A stretch of 64,000 nt of DNA, from the NCBI GenBank assembly GCA_016218405.1, contig JACREE010000014.1, positions 4,988 to 68,987 on the forward strand. Reading direction: 5' to 3'. Origin of the DNA: Gammaproteobacteria bacterium (GTDB taxonomy: Bacteria; Pseudomonadota; Gammaproteobacteria; HIGHO2-12-38-15). A model generated the notes under the pieces. The model saw nothing but the letters and a program-made list of their open reading frames with translations. It did not search any database and had not been told where the DNA came from. Shown piece by piece: positions 18,612 through 29,025 of this stretch (its first letter is position 1; every line of letters starts with the position of its first letter). The translations under genes were made by a program, and so were the position numbers.

Positions 18612-19204
18612 CAAAAAAACTCATTCTCGCCACACACAATCCAGGTAAAATTCGTGAATTTGAACGCTTGTTTCGTGATCTACCTTATCAATTAATTTCA
18701 CAACAAGATTTTGCTGTACCTGAGTGTGAAGAACCTGCGTCTACGTTCATTGAAAATGCACTTATTAAGGCACGGCATGCTTCTGCTCACACCGGCTTAC
18801 CCGCCCTGGCGGATGATTCTGGTTTGGTGGTGCCTGCACTGCAAGGCGAACCTGGCATTTATTCTGCTCGCTACGCAAGCTCCGACGATCAACAAGCTAA
18901 TTGGAAAAAATTACTCGATAAATTACAGCTCCTGCCTGCAGATGACCGCAGCGCTTATTTTTATTGTTGTTTGGTTTTTATCCGACACCCCCTGGATCCC
19001 ACGCCTTTGGTCACAGAGGGTATTTGGCACGGACAGATTGCCCTCGAGGCAACAGGCGACAAAGGCTTCGGCTATGATCCTGTTTTTTATTTACCTCAGC
19101 TGCAATGCACTGCCGCTCAACTTTCCCCTGAAGAAAAAAACAGCATCAGCCACCGCGCCCAAGCGTTGGCGAAGATGAAAGATCGCCTTCCGCTTGAAAA
19201 GTGA
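18608..19204 (+). CDS. rdgB: dITP/XTP pyrophosphatase (Ham1/RdgB family)
   Basis: [15 protein letters not shown] and DDSGL...[10 protein letters not shown] motifs. ATGA overlap with the ychF stop. Confidence 0.85.
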
Positions 19205-19316
19205 ATGCCAAGACATCAGACGTTTTCCCTCCCCTCTCTCACCTGAAATTTTAGGGTGTCGTTCTTTTTTCGTTTCCAGTACCATAACATCCTAGGTATC
19301 CCACAAGGATGTAACA

Positions 19317-20198
19317 ATGCATCGTTTTTTACCATTTTTTGTTTTTTTATTTTTGGCCAGTTGTAACACGACCACGCCAAATTCTTTTCAACAACACCTC
19401 AATAAACTCGTTGCCACGGTGACAGACACTTCGTGGTATCGTCGTGCGCAATTAATTTCCCCACAAGGACAAGAGGTCCACGCTTATTTTCAATTCCAGT
19501 GTTATGACAAAGTCGTCATTGAGGGCAAATTTAATGTGAATGTCGTTGAGGGAGAAAGAGATGATGATGCCATTCGCATCACGGGTGATAAAGCATTTGT
19601 ATCGCGCGTACAAGCCACGGTATTGGATCGCACCCTCTATATTCGTATGAACCCTAAATATGATTACAAGATCACTCAACCCCTATTCATTCGCCTCCCT
19701 TATCGACAGCTTTGCAGTATTAGTTTTGACGGGGTAGGCAACTTAGTTCTTGAACACTTTAAGAGTCGTTATTTTGATTTAACACTTCAAGGCAATGTCA
19801 ACGCCTGGATCAAAGGCAATATTGTCTTAGCCAACCTCAACTTTAATAATGACGGGAAACTCGTGATGTATTGGGTTAACACAACGACACTCAATATCAC
19901 CGCGGGGAAAAAAGGACATATCTTATTAGCAGGTGTGGCAAACAACCTCAAGGCTGATGTCAGCGACAGCGCCACACTGGATGCCAAATATTTACAAACA
20001 CAAGTCGCACATATTCGCACTCAAAAACAAGGCAAGGCAGAAATCAACACCCAACAAAGTTTAAATATGCTGGCTGTTGATCAGAGCAATATCTATTATT
20101 ACAAGCAACCTAAATTTATCGCGAAATACATGCAAGGCTCAGGCTCTATTTTAGATATGCGCGGGGTGTATCCTCCGTATCCGCAAGAACTTCACTAA
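19317..20198 (+). CDS. lipoprotein with DUF2807-like (adhesin head/GIN-like) repeats
   Basis: Lipobox FLFLASCN. Repetitive beta-strand motifs (FDGVGNLVL, TLQGNVNAWIKGNIVLANL, NITAGKKGHILLAGV) typical of DUF2807-type proteins. Confidence 0.45.
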   Translation: MHRFLPFFVFLFLASCNTTTPNSFQQHLNKLVATVTDTSWYRRAQLISPQGQEVHAYFQFQCYDKVVIEGKFNVNVVEGERDDDAIRITGDKAFVSRVQATVLDRTLYIRMNPKYDYKITQPLFIRLPYRQLCSISFDGVGNLVLEHFKSRYFDLTLQGNVNAWIKGNIVLANLNFNNDGKLVMYWVNTTTLNITAGKKGHILLAGVANNLKADVSDSATLDAKYLQTQVAHIRTQKQGKAEINTQQSLNMLAVDQSNIYYYKQPKFIAKYMQGSGSILDMRGVYPPYPQELH

Positions 20199-20200
20199 CA

Positions 20201-20362
20201 TGACGTGGATTGCTTCGCGCTGTTCGCGCAATGACGGCCCGGAGGATTGGGGGGCATGATGGCCTGCATTTTTTCTCTCTGGGCCGTCATTGCGAGAACG
20301 GACGGCGTTTTTCCGCCGGACGAAGCAATCCACATCGCCCCGGAGGGTGGGGAGGCAATGTG
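20201..20362. repeat. GC-rich palindromic MITE/REP-like element (copy 1)
   Basis: Nested inverted repeats TGGATTGCTTCG/CGAAGCAATCCA and GCAATGACGGCC/GGCCGTCATTGC, plus the direct repeat CCGGAGGATTGGGGGGCATG / CCGGAGGGTGGGGAGGCAATG. Local GC is far above the surroundings. Related to the elements at 49677-49795 and 61429-61572. Confidence 0.5.
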
Positions 20363-20429
20363 TGCATACCCTAGCCTATAGGGAGCACACTCCTTTTAAG
20401 TTGAATTTGTTCCTATCTAGGGGCTATCA

Positions 20430-22832
20430 TCAAGCGACCGCACAAACGCGAGGTGCTGCATCAGGTTCTTGACGATCTTCTCTCCTCGCTGCTTCAACTG
20501 CACAAGACGTCGGTGTTGGAAAAAAGCCACAATTTTTGGGTGCAGCAGAAGGTGTTATCAACGATAATGCTCGATGAAGTTCCGCTGACAATACTTCTTC
20601 TTTCTGTTGATGTTGTTTAACCACTTGTACTTCAATCGCTTCTCTCACAGCATGCACAACCTGTCTGTAACTTGCGCTGCTTGATGACGATGGAGCATTC
20701 GTTGACGAATCAACAGTATCAGATAGCTCTGGCACAATACACCTGATTGTTGTTTTCACAGCAACACCCTTATCATTCCCATTGTTATCATCCTGGGGAG
20801 GAGAAGGCGGGGCAGAGTTCGCGTTATTTCCATTGTCACCCCCCTGGGGAGAAGGCGGCGTACCTTCATCCTGAGTATTTGGCACACCCTGCGCTTTTCT
20901 CTTCGCCATAAAAGTTTGGATGCTTGCTTTTATCCCTCTAAAGAACTTATTCACTTCTTTGACAGCGGTTTCAATAAATTCCATGTATTCACGGAAAGTA
21001 TCCGCAAAAGATTCTGCACCAGCCAAAGCACCCAAGGCAGCCCCCGAACCTTTCGCTGCAGGAAACACATTGCCAATCACATTCCAAAATAAAAACTTGA
21101 GAAGCACCACACCCACAATGATCGTTTTCACTATTTTAGATTTATTGACATAACGCTCCCCACGCCATGCTTCTTTGGCTCGACGAATAATATCTAAGAC
21201 ATCGTTTGTCAGCGTTTTTGCATTATCTTTTGCCGTGTCAGAATGGAATTTCACTTCACCCAAGAAAGAGAAAGCGGCCACAGCCATTGAAATACCTTGA
21301 CACACCAACAGGGGTATTTCATGCAATTTCATGAGCATTTCAGAAATAGTTTGAAAACCACTGTACACGTTTAAAGCACAGCCCAAACACGCCACCACAA
21401 AAAATCCAACAAAGAAAAGTGCCGTGAAAGCCATACGTAAACCATAACGCAAATCAGACTCTTGGTGATTTTCTACTTCCCCAGATACACAACGCGGCAC
21501 CAATCTACGTTTAAATAAATTTTTGAAAAAATCCACAAATTTTTCACCCACGTGTCCTTTACTGGCGCTCACCATGCCACGCAACATCACTGCCGTGAGA
21601 ACAAGCACTGACACCACCGCCACAAAAGCAAAGAGAGGTGGGAAAGCAGCACTCGTCACGCCCAATGCAGTCAAAATACTAATGGCACCTGTGTAGGCAA
21701 AAACACCCGCCACCGCCCCTGTCGCCAACGCCATGAAAAATCCCACCCCCAACGCGGCGCGCTTAAGTGCACTCAACCCTTTAAACATATTAAATAAGTA
21801 GGCAAAAACACTAGGCGTGTTTTTACTGGATAAAGCATAATTGACCGAAAATCCGCCTAGAAAAACAAAGACGGGTATCACCAGTGGAATAGCAGGAAAA
21901 ACGATCAACAACATACCCGCCGTTGCACAGGCACACCCCAACGCAAAAATTAACGCAAAAATTTTACCTATCACATAGAACACTTTGTTAAACTTGCTTA
22001 AGGTAAAAAAAGCTTCGTCTTCAATTTTTTTCTTGGTTTCTTTATCATCCAACACCTTCAAGATGCGTTGACGAATGGCGTTGGCCATTGCTTTTTTTCT
22101 TTCACTTAACTGAAGAGCGGTTTGATAGGCGTCTTCATATACTTGTTCCGCTTTCTTTTTATCCGCATCCGCTTGACGCAAATAATTTTCGCGCGCTGCT
22201 CGACCCTTTTCTGATGCATAGATAGCCGTACTTCCTGTTCTCGTTAAGAAATCCACGAGCATGTCTTCTGAAACTTGTTCATCTAACCCTTTTTTCTTCG
22301 CTTCTTTTAGCTTGTTTTTTTCTTCTTCCAGCAGCGCTTCGAAGCGTGCTTTTTTATCGCTCTCCGAAAAAGTGTTTTCGCTGAGTTCTGGCAACAAACG
22401 TCTGCGTGCGCGGCATTCAACTTCATCTTTATGTCGTTTAGCGGTTTTTTCATCTTCCCCATCTTCATTAGACAAAATGTAAAAAGCTTTGATGACTTCA
22501 CGAATAAAGGCATTTTCTGCTTTGTTATAAAGTGGTTTTTTAAATGTGTCTCGCCCTGCTGCTTTGAGTTTTGCACCTTTCCCTTTTGAGGCATTCAATT
22601 CAAATGAACCCCATTTCACAAACTCTCCCTGAGGCACACTCCCTCTTTCCAGGGCAGGCAACACTTCTTCTTCTGCCAATATGATTTCTCTCAAGGCATG
22701 TCTTTTCGAACCAATCTTAATTCGATCAGGTGGCGAAAAAAATTTCTTGATGCGTTGAGCCCATGTTCCTTTATCTGCACTTTCGGAAGAAGAAAGGGCT
22801 TCTTCTACAATCAACTTCGCTTCAACACCCAT
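20430..22832 (-). CDS. large hypothetical membrane protein (800 aa): charged/coiled-coil N-terminal region, multi-TM core, Pro/Ser/Asn-rich C-terminal tail
   Basis: 800-codon stop-free ORF. Lys/Glu-rich N-terminal region, four or more strongly hydrophobic segments mid-protein, and a low-complexity tail (PPSPQGGDNGNNANSAPPSPPQDDNNGND). No catalytic motif recognised. Confidence 0.5.
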   Translation of the reverse strand: MGVEAKLIVEEALSSSESADKGTWAQRIKKFFSPPDRIKIGSKRHALREIILAEEEVLPALERGSVPQGEFVKWGSFELNASKGKGAKLKAAGRDTFKKPLYNKAENAFIREVIKAFYILSNEDGEDEKTAKRHKDEVECRARRRLLPELSENTFSESDKKARFEALLEEEKNKLKEAKKKGLDEQVSEDMLVDFLTRTGSTAIYASEKGRAARENYLRQADADKKKAEQVYEDAYQTALQLSERKKAMANAIRQRILKVLDDKETKKKIEDEAFFTLSKFNKVFYVIGKIFALIFALGCACATAGMLLIVFPAIPLVIPVFVFLGGFSVNYALSSKNTPSVFAYLFNMFKGLSALKRAALGVGFFMALATGAVAGVFAYTGAISILTALGVTSAAFPPLFAFVAVVSVLVLTAVMLRGMVSASKGHVGEKFVDFFKNLFKRRLVPRCVSGEVENHQESDLRYGLRMAFTALFFVGFFVVACLGCALNVYSGFQTISEMLMKLHEIPLLVCQGISMAVAAFSFLGEVKFHSDTAKDNAKTLTNDVLDIIRRAKEAWRGERYVNKSKIVKTIIVGVVLLKFLFWNVIGNVFPAAKGSGAALGALAGAESFADTFREYMEFIETAVKEVNKFFRGIKASIQTFMAKRKAQGVPNTQDEGTPPSPQGGDNGNNANSAPPSPPQDDNNGNDKGVAVKTTIRCIVPELSDTVDSSTNAPSSSSSASYRQVVHAVREAIEVQVVKQHQQKEEVLSAELHRALSLITPSAAPKNCGFFPTPTSCAVEAARREDRQEPDAAPRVCAVA

Positions 22833-22998
22833 GAGAAAGATTCCTTTAACATTAGAAAAATAAGAGTTTTTAAACTTCTACCATTATTACGCTCACCCCA
22901 TTAACAAAATGTTAAGTGGAATAAAAAGTTCAAAATTTTATGCCGGATAGACAGGAAGAACAAGCTTGGTATGTCAGCTTCGGAATAATCTAAGACAA

Positions 22999-23694
22999 TC
23001 AGGATTTTTGATCCATGGCAGGAAAGATATCGATCTGAACACGTCTATTAAAAGCACTGCCGCGCGCAGAATGATTAGACGCAAGCGCACCCGAATCACC
23101 GGCAGCCACCACCTTGAGTTGCTCCCAACAGAGCCCCTTGGCCCAAAGATAAGCTGCCACAGCCTGAGCTTGTTTGCTTGAGAGCGAACATTTATGCCTG
23201 GGTGAGCCAATATCGTCTGTGTGTCCTGTCACCGTCATGGGGGCGTCCGGCGGGTAGGCCTTTAACAAAACAGCCACTTGATCCAGCACGGGGTGACAAG
23301 ACTCCTGGAGGATGTCTGTGGCTGACTCAAAACAAACATCAACAGGGATATATAAACTCACTTCTTCGCCTTGTTGTACCACTTGTACGCCCGCACGCTC
23401 CAGGCGCTCACGGGCCGCCCAAGCACTTTTCATGGAAGCACCTACCACACCCCCTAGCACACCACCACCTATGGCAGCGAGGGGAATATTTGCCTTGGTC
23501 ACTGCGCCTATAATAATGCCTGCACTTGCACCCACCGCTGCCCCCTTAGCTTTGGCGCTTGGCTTGACCTGACCACTTTCATAGGTCGCCAGCCCACAAG
23601 AAGAAAGCCATACACTGCAGAAAACAGCCACAAAAGACGGAAAACTCTTGAGGAGCAATCTTGAATGGTTTTTCACATTACCTCGGTCGGTCAT
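22999..23694 (-). CDS. OmpA-family (peptidoglycan-binding) lipoprotein with glycine-zipper segment
   Basis: Lipobox VWLSSC, glycine zipper GAAVGASAGIIIGAV...GGGVLGGVVGASM, and OmpA_C-like C-terminus (HTDDIGSPRHKCSLSSKQAQAVAAYL). The start was chosen at MTDRG. Confidence 0.65.
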   Translation of the reverse strand: MTDRGNVKNHSRLLLKSFPSFVAVFCSVWLSSCGLATYESGQVKPSAKAKGAAVGASAGIIIGAVTKANIPLAAIGGGVLGGVVGASMKSAWAARERLERAGVQVVQQGEEVSLYIPVDVCFESATDILQESCHPVLDQVAVLLKAYPPDAPMTVTGHTDDIGSPRHKCSLSSKQAQAVAAYLWAKGLCWEQLKVVAAGDSGALASNHSARGSAFNRRVQIDIFPAMDQKS

Positions 23695-24196
23695 ATTTCG
23701 CCATAAGCTCCGCAGTCGCCAAAATATGATCTTGCATGGCGGCTTCAATCAATGGTTTTTTCACCCCTTCAGGTAAACTTAAGGTCGTGTCCAAGGCATA
23801 CAGTTTAAAAAAATAACGATGCAAGGTATCGGGTGGACAAGGCCCCCCATACCCCAGCCTGTGCCAACTATTTAAGCCTTCCTGGGTACCCGGGGGAAGT
23901 GCATTCATCCCCTCAGGAAGCACCTGGGTATTTGCAGGAATATTAAATAACAACCAATGGTCCCAAATACCAACCGGCGCATCGGGATCATCCAACACCA
24001 AAACGAAGCTTTGTGTGCCCGCAGGCGCCCCCTGCCAAGTTAGCGCAGGAGAAATATCTTCTCCATCACAGGTGTATTTTTCGGGGATAAGCCCGCCCGC
24101 GTGAAAGGCAGAACTGGTTAAGATGAATGCCGTCATGGCGCATCCTTGCATTGAAAAAAGCAACAGGGTAAAAGCCATCATAATGGCACGTGACAT
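23678..24196 (-). CDS. YbhB/YbcL family PEBP (Raf kinase inhibitor-like) periplasmic protein
   Basis: PEBP motifs: DDPDAP, GYGGPCPP..HRYFFKLYALD. Signal peptide from MSRAIMMAFTLLLF. The track's 5' extension overlaps clpB and was not adopted. Confidence 0.7.
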   Translation of the reverse strand: MSRAIMMAFTLLLFSMQGCAMTAFILTSSAFHAGGLIPEKYTCDGEDISPALTWQGAPAGTQSFVLVLDDPDAPVGIWDHWLLFNIPANTQVLPEGMNALPPGTQEGLNSWHRLGYGGPCPPDTLHRYFFKLYALDTTLSLPEGVKKPLIEAAMQDHILATAELMAKYDRPR

Positions 24197-24200
24197 AATG

Positions 24201-26783
24201 TCAATCCGCTGAAAACACCAGCTTATCCTTTTCCAGTTTGACAAAAATTTCATCGCCAGAACTAAAACGACCCGTCAGAATGTCTTTAGCTAGCGGGTTT
24301 TCTACACTTTGTTGGATCACGCGCTTGAGAGGTCGCGCACCATAGACGGGATCATAGCCCGCTTCAGCCAGGTAATCCAAGGCTTTCTCGTCCACTTTCA
24401 GCTTCATATCTTTTTCATGCAAACGTTTGCGCAAATGCTCTATTTGAATGTTGGCCACACGGCGAATTTGTTCTCGTCCCAACGGATGAAACACCACCAT
24501 CTCATCAATACGATTAATGAATTCAGGGCGGAAATGCTGTGTGACCACCTCCATTACCGCTTCTTTCATCTTGTCGTAGGCATTTTTCTTTTCGGCTAAT
24601 TCTTGAATACGTTGCGAACCCAAATTGGAGGTCATCACGACCACCGTATTACGAAAATCAACCGTGCGACCATGCCCATCGGTTAAACGTCCATCATCCA
24701 ACACTTGCAATAAAATATTAAACACATCAGGATGCGCTTTTTCAATTTCGTCTAACAAAATCACTGAATAAGGTTTGCGTCTCACTGCCTCCGTTAAATA
24801 TCCTCCTTCTTCGTAACCCACGTAACCTGGAGGGGCACCAATCAAACGCGCTACCGTGTGTTTTTCCATAAACTCTGACATGTCGATGCGCACCATGGCT
24901 TCTTCTGTATCAAATAAAAAGCCGGCTAACGCTTTGCATAATTCTGTTTTTCCCACACCCGTTGGCCCCAAGAAAAGAAATGAACCGATGGGTCTGTTCG
25001 GATCAGCCAACCCTGCACGCGAACGACGTATCGCATTGGATACCACCGACACCGCTTCATCTTGACCAATGACGCGCTGATGCAATAATTCTTCCATTTT
25101 AAGTAGTTTTTCTTTTTCTCCTTCCAACATTTTAGACACAGGAATATGCGTCCACTTAGATACCACTTCTGCAATTTCTTCTTCAGTTACTTTGTTTCTC
25201 ACTAGCTGTTTTTCTGTTTTTTCTGCTTCAGCTGCTTTCGTGATTTGTTTTTCTACTTCCGGAATGCGTCCGTACTGCAACTCAGACATGCGCGTTAAAT
25301 CACCCGCACGGCGCGCCGTTTCCAATTCCATTCTCAAACGTTCTAATTCGCTCTTGAGATGTTGTGTACCCTGCAAAGATACTTTTTCTGCTTTCCAGAT
25401 TTCCTCTAAATCAGAATATTCTTTTCCTAATTTATTAATTTCTTCCTCTAAATGTTTTAATCGTTTTTTAGACGCATCGTCCGTTTCTTTTTTCAAAGCT
25501 TCTCGTTCGATTTTTAATTGAATTAATCGACGTTCTAAACGATCCATGGATTCAGGCTTAGAATCAATTTCCATACGAATACGGCTGGCGGCTTCATCAA
25601 TTAAATCGATGGCTTTGTCAGGCAAATTACGATCGGTGATGTAACGATGCGACAAAGTCGCTGCCGAGACAATGGCAGGATCCGTAATTTCAACGCCGTG
25701 GTGAATTTCATAACGCTCTTTTAATCCGCGCAAAATCGCAATGGTATCTTCTACGCTGGGTTCGTCCACCAATACTTTCTGAAAACGTCGCTCGAGCGCC
25801 GGATCTTTTTCAATATACTGACGAAATTCATCCAACGTGGTCGCACCCACACAATGCAACTCACCTCTTGCAAGCGCAGGTTTCAACATATTGCCCGCAT
25901 CCATCGATCCTTCGCTTTTTCCTGCGCCTACCACCGTATGTAATTCATCAATAAATAAAATAATTTGGCCTTCTTGTTTGGCCAATTCTTTTAATACCGC
26001 TTTCAATCGCTCTTCAAATTCACCTCGATATTTAGCGCCTGCCACCAGGGCACCCATATCTAACGCCAGCACGCGTTTGTTTTTAAGTCCTTCTGGTACT
26101 TCTCCATTCACAATGCGCTGCGCCAACCCTTCTACAATGGCTGTTTTACCCACACCGGGTTCACCAATTAAAACAGGATTATTTTTAGTACGTCGTTGTA
26201 ACACTTGAATCGTACGACGAATTTCGTCGTCACGACCAATCACAGGATCCAATTTTCCTTCTTCTGCACGCGCTGTTAAATCAATCGCGTACCGAGATAA
26301 GGCTTGACGTGTATCTTCTGCATTAGGATCCGTCACTTGTTCTCCTCCTCGCATTTGTTCAACCGCCGCTTCAAGATTTGTTTTATTGGCACCCGTTTCT
26401 TTCAGTATTTTTCCCAAAGTTCCATTGTCTTCTAATGCAGCCAATAAAAATAATTCACTTGAAATAAATTGATCTTTTCGTGTTTTTGCTAATTTGTCAC
26501 AATAATTTAATAAGCGCCCCAGTGTGTCTGACACATAGACAGAACCTGGCACCCCACTCACCTGGGGGAGACGATCAAGCTCAGCATCCAATTTATCTTC
26601 TAGTTTTGGCAGATTAACCCCCGCCCGCGCCAGCAAAGGACGGGTGGTCCCATTTGATTGGTCAAGCAAGGCCTTCATTAAATGAGCCGGTTCAATGTAT
26701 TGATTTTCTCGACCCACCGCCAAAGATTGCGCTTCTTCCAATGCTGCACGAAATTTTGTTGTTAATTTCTCCACAATACTCAT
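24201..26783 (-). CDS. clpB: ATP-dependent chaperone ClpB
   Basis: 860 aa with two AAA+ modules ([30 protein letters not shown]), a long middle coiled-coil, and end-to-end similarity to E. coli ClpB. Confidence 0.95.
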   Translation of the reverse strand: MSIVEKLTTKFRAALEEAQSLAVGRENQYIEPAHLMKALLDQSNGTTRPLLARAGVNLPKLEDKLDAELDRLPQVSGVPGSVYVSDTLGRLLNYCDKLAKTRKDQFISSELFLLAALEDNGTLGKILKETGANKTNLEAAVEQMRGGEQVTDPNAEDTRQALSRYAIDLTARAEEGKLDPVIGRDDEIRRTIQVLQRRTKNNPVLIGEPGVGKTAIVEGLAQRIVNGEVPEGLKNKRVLALDMGALVAGAKYRGEFEERLKAVLKELAKQEGQIILFIDELHTVVGAGKSEGSMDAGNMLKPALARGELHCVGATTLDEFRQYIEKDPALERRFQKVLVDEPSVEDTIAILRGLKERYEIHHGVEITDPAIVSAATLSHRYITDRNLPDKAIDLIDEAASRIRMEIDSKPESMDRLERRLIQLKIEREALKKETDDASKKRLKHLEEEINKLGKEYSDLEEIWKAEKVSLQGTQHLKSELERLRMELETARRAGDLTRMSELQYGRIPEVEKQITKAAEAEKTEKQLVRNKVTEEEIAEVVSKWTHIPVSKMLEGEKEKLLKMEELLHQRVIGQDEAVSVVSNAIRRSRAGLADPNRPIGSFLFLGPTGVGKTELCKALAGFLFDTEEAMVRIDMSEFMEKHTVARLIGAPPGYVGYEEGGYLTEAVRRKPYSVILLDEIEKAHPDVFNILLQVLDDGRLTDGHGRTVDFRNTVVVMTSNLGSQRIQELAEKKNAYDKMKEAVMEVVTQHFRPEFINRIDEMVVFHPLGREQIRRVANIQIEHLRKRLHEKDMKLKVDEKALDYLAEAGYDPVYGARPLKRVIQQSVENPLAKDILTGRFSSGDEIFVKLEKDKLVFSAD

Positions 26784-26817
26784 GATAGAGCTCCTCTTAT
26801 ACTCATAATCTGGTATT

Positions 26818-26850
26818 CTATTTGGGGTTTAAAAGTATAAACTCAAGCTT
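26818..26850 (-). promoter_or_regulatory. sigma-32 (heat shock) type promoter upstream of clpB
   Basis: Minus-strand reading gives CTTGAG, then 14 nt, then CCCCAAAT, followed about 36 nt later by the AAGAGGAG RBS and ATG. The consensus is CTTGAA-N13-15-CCCCATnT. Confidence 0.55.
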
Positions 26851-26889
26851 GCACACTCTCTTTACTCATATTCTTTTCGAGCACTCACC

Positions 26890-27819
26890 ATGACTGAACC
26901 AACCCAATGGGAAAAAGACACCCTACAGACCTTATTATTTGAAACCCTGAAAGAACAACGACGAAAACGTCGTTGGGGCATTTTCTTCAAGCTTGTTTTT
27001 TTTGGATTTATCGCATTTTTTATTTTCTTATCAAAACACACTCAACAAACCACTTTCAATCGCAACAAACCTCATGTCGCCGTGATCAATATTCATGGCA
27101 TTATTGATGACAACGGGCAGGCCAGCGCCAATAAAGTCATTACCGCACTCCATGATGCGTATGAAGAAAAAAATTTACAAGCAGTCATCTTGAGCATCAA
27201 CAGCCCAGGAGGCAGCAGTGTGCAATCATCCTACATGTATGATGAAGTCATGCGCTTACGAACCCTGAACAAAAAAATTCCTGTCTATGCGGTATGTGAA
27301 GATTATTGTGCTTCGGGTGGCTATTATATCGCTGCCAGCGCTGCCTCTATTTACGCCAATCCCGGCAGCTTAGTGGGATCCATTGGCGCGATGATCAATG
27401 GTTTTGGTGCAGTTGATGCCTTGCATAAACTCGGTATTGAACGCCGACTCATTACCTCTGGCAGTGATAAAGGATTCTTAGATCCTTTTTCTCCCCTGAA
27501 AAAAACGGATGAAGCCATTGCACAAACCATGCTGGATGAAGTGCACCAACAGTTTATTCAAGATGTGAAAGCAGGCCGCGGTGATCGCCTGAAAATCACG
27601 GACGATCTTTTTTCAGGTCGTGCATGGACAGGGACGGGCGCTAAACCTTTAGGATTAATTGATGGTTTTGGTAGTGTCGATAAAGTTGCAAGAGACATCA
27701 TTAAAAATGACAACCTTATTCGTTATAATGACGAAAATAATTTATTGGCACAACTGTCAGGTCAGTTTGGCACTTCATTCAAACAAGCCATTCAATCTGA
27801 ACTCATCACGAGGTGGTAA
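26890..27819 (+). CDS. sppA: signal peptide peptidase SppA (S49 family, short 36K type)
   Basis: S49 motifs (SINSPGGS, ASGGYYIAAS active-site Ser region), N-terminal TM segment, 309 aa. Confidence 0.75.
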   Translation: MTEPTQWEKDTLQTLLFETLKEQRRKRRWGIFFKLVFFGFIAFFIFLSKHTQQTTFNRNKPHVAVINIHGIIDDNGQASANKVITALHDAYEEKNLQAVILSINSPGGSSVQSSYMYDEVMRLRTLNKKIPVYAVCEDYCASGGYYIAASAASIYANPGSLVGSIGAMINGFGAVDALHKLGIERRLITSGSDKGFLDPFSPLKKTDEAIAQTMLDEVHQQFIQDVKAGRGDRLKITDDLFSGRAWTGTGAKPLGLIDGFGSVDKVARDIIKNDNLIRYNDENNLLAQLSGQFGTSFKQAIQSELITRW

Positions 27820-28136
27820 TGAAAAAAATAATCCTATTATTCAGCGTATTGATCCTCACCGGATGTAGCTTCATTTATCGACCTGATACAGAACAAGGCA
27901 ATATCATCACCCCTGACATGCTGGCAGAACGTCGTTTAGGCATGACGTCGCAGCAAGTTAAACACATCATGGGTAATCCTGTGCTTGCGCATAGTTTTGA
28001 TGTGAACCGTTGGGATTATATTTACACTTACCGCAAGAGCACCCGCCCCACGGATGTGAAGCGGTTTACCTTGTTTTTTGTTAACGATCACCTACAAAAA
28101 ATTACACCTGAGGAAAAATATAAAATCCCGTCGTAA
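27813..28136 (+). CDS. bamE: outer membrane protein assembly factor BamE (SmpA/OmlA)
   Basis: Lipobox LILTGCS. YRPDTEQGNIITPDMLAERRLGMTSQQVKHIMGNPVL parallels E. coli BamE [37 protein letters not shown]. Confidence 0.65.
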   Translation: MVMKKIILLFSVLILTGCSFIYRPDTEQGNIITPDMLAERRLGMTSQQVKHIMGNPVLAHSFDVNRWDYIYTYRKSTRPTDVKRFTLFFVNDHLQKITPEEKYKIPS

Positions 28137-28166
28137 AGAAGGAGGGGCTGAACGGCCATCTTAGCT

Positions 28167-28895
28167 TTATGCCCAGCGCGTATCCCTCAAATAACTCGAA
28201 GAATTTAACCAAGCCCTATCTGGGTAATAAGCCACGAGCACGGTTCCGTGTGAAATAGTGTCAATCACAGGTCGAACAACCTGCGGATCAATCGCAGGGC
28301 ATCCCCAACTTCGGCCAATTGCGCCATGTTGACGAGCATATTGGGTATTCACATACCATGCGCCGTGCATCACGATAGCGCGGTTATACACGTTATTATT
28401 AAATCCAGGCTCTAAACCTGTTAACCGAAGTGAATAGCCGTGCTCTCCTGCGTAGGTTGAGCCTGTGGCATAAACACCGATACTCGTCTTCAAACTATTG
28501 GGCTGATTCGAAAAGGAAGAAGCCACTACATCTCCACTATTCCTACCATGAGAGACCAACTCATTAAAAAGTAATCGCTCATTACGCAAATCAAATACCC
28601 AAAGTCGACGCTGATTGGAAGGTCTAGAATAATCGATAACCGTTAATACTTCTTTTTGATCATACCCTTCACTGCGCGCCTTATCATACGCATTCAGGGC
28701 CAACTTAATCACTTTTGGATTTAAATCTTGAGCTTGTTTGGATAACACACGCGCTGTTTTATCGGGATTAGGCAAACCAGGCAGACTTGCAGGGCGGCTC
28801 ACCGCGCCACACCCACCGCATACTAAGGTAAAAAGACAACATACCAAACTGAGTGACTTTTTTGTTTTACCGTTACTGAACTTAAACTTAATCAT
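28167..28895 (-). CDS. periplasmic L,D-transpeptidase family protein (YafK/ErfK-like)
   Basis: Signal peptide/lipobox (FTLVCGGCGA). C-terminal MHGAWYV...HGAIGRSWGCPAI resembles the L,D-transpeptidase catalytic His/Cys region. Confidence 0.5.
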   Translation of the reverse strand: MIKFKFSNGKTKKSLSLVCCLFTLVCGGCGAVSRPASLPGLPNPDKTARVLSKQAQDLNPKVIKLALNAYDKARSEGYDQKEVLTVIDYSRPSNQRRLWVFDLRNERLLFNELVSHGRNSGDVVASSFSNQPNSLKTSIGVYATGSTYAGEHGYSLRLTGLEPGFNNNVYNRAIVMHGAWYVNTQYARQHGAIGRSWGCPAIDPQVVRPVIDTISHGTVLVAYYPDRAWLNSSSYLRDTRWA

Positions 28896-29025
28896 TTTTC
28901 GCTCCTACTTTCACTTTTTAACTCGGTTAAGGCCAAAATTAAGCTTCAAACGGTTGTTTGAGTGATTGTGGGTGCCATTTTATCATAATGGACATAAAAA
29001 ATACAGTTCTTGCCTCCCCAAATCG

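Noticed and set aside
24309-26208. Several + strand ORFs (96, 69, 109, 123 aa) inside clpB
   Set aside because: All are antisense to clpB, whose 860-aa translation matches ClpB end to end.
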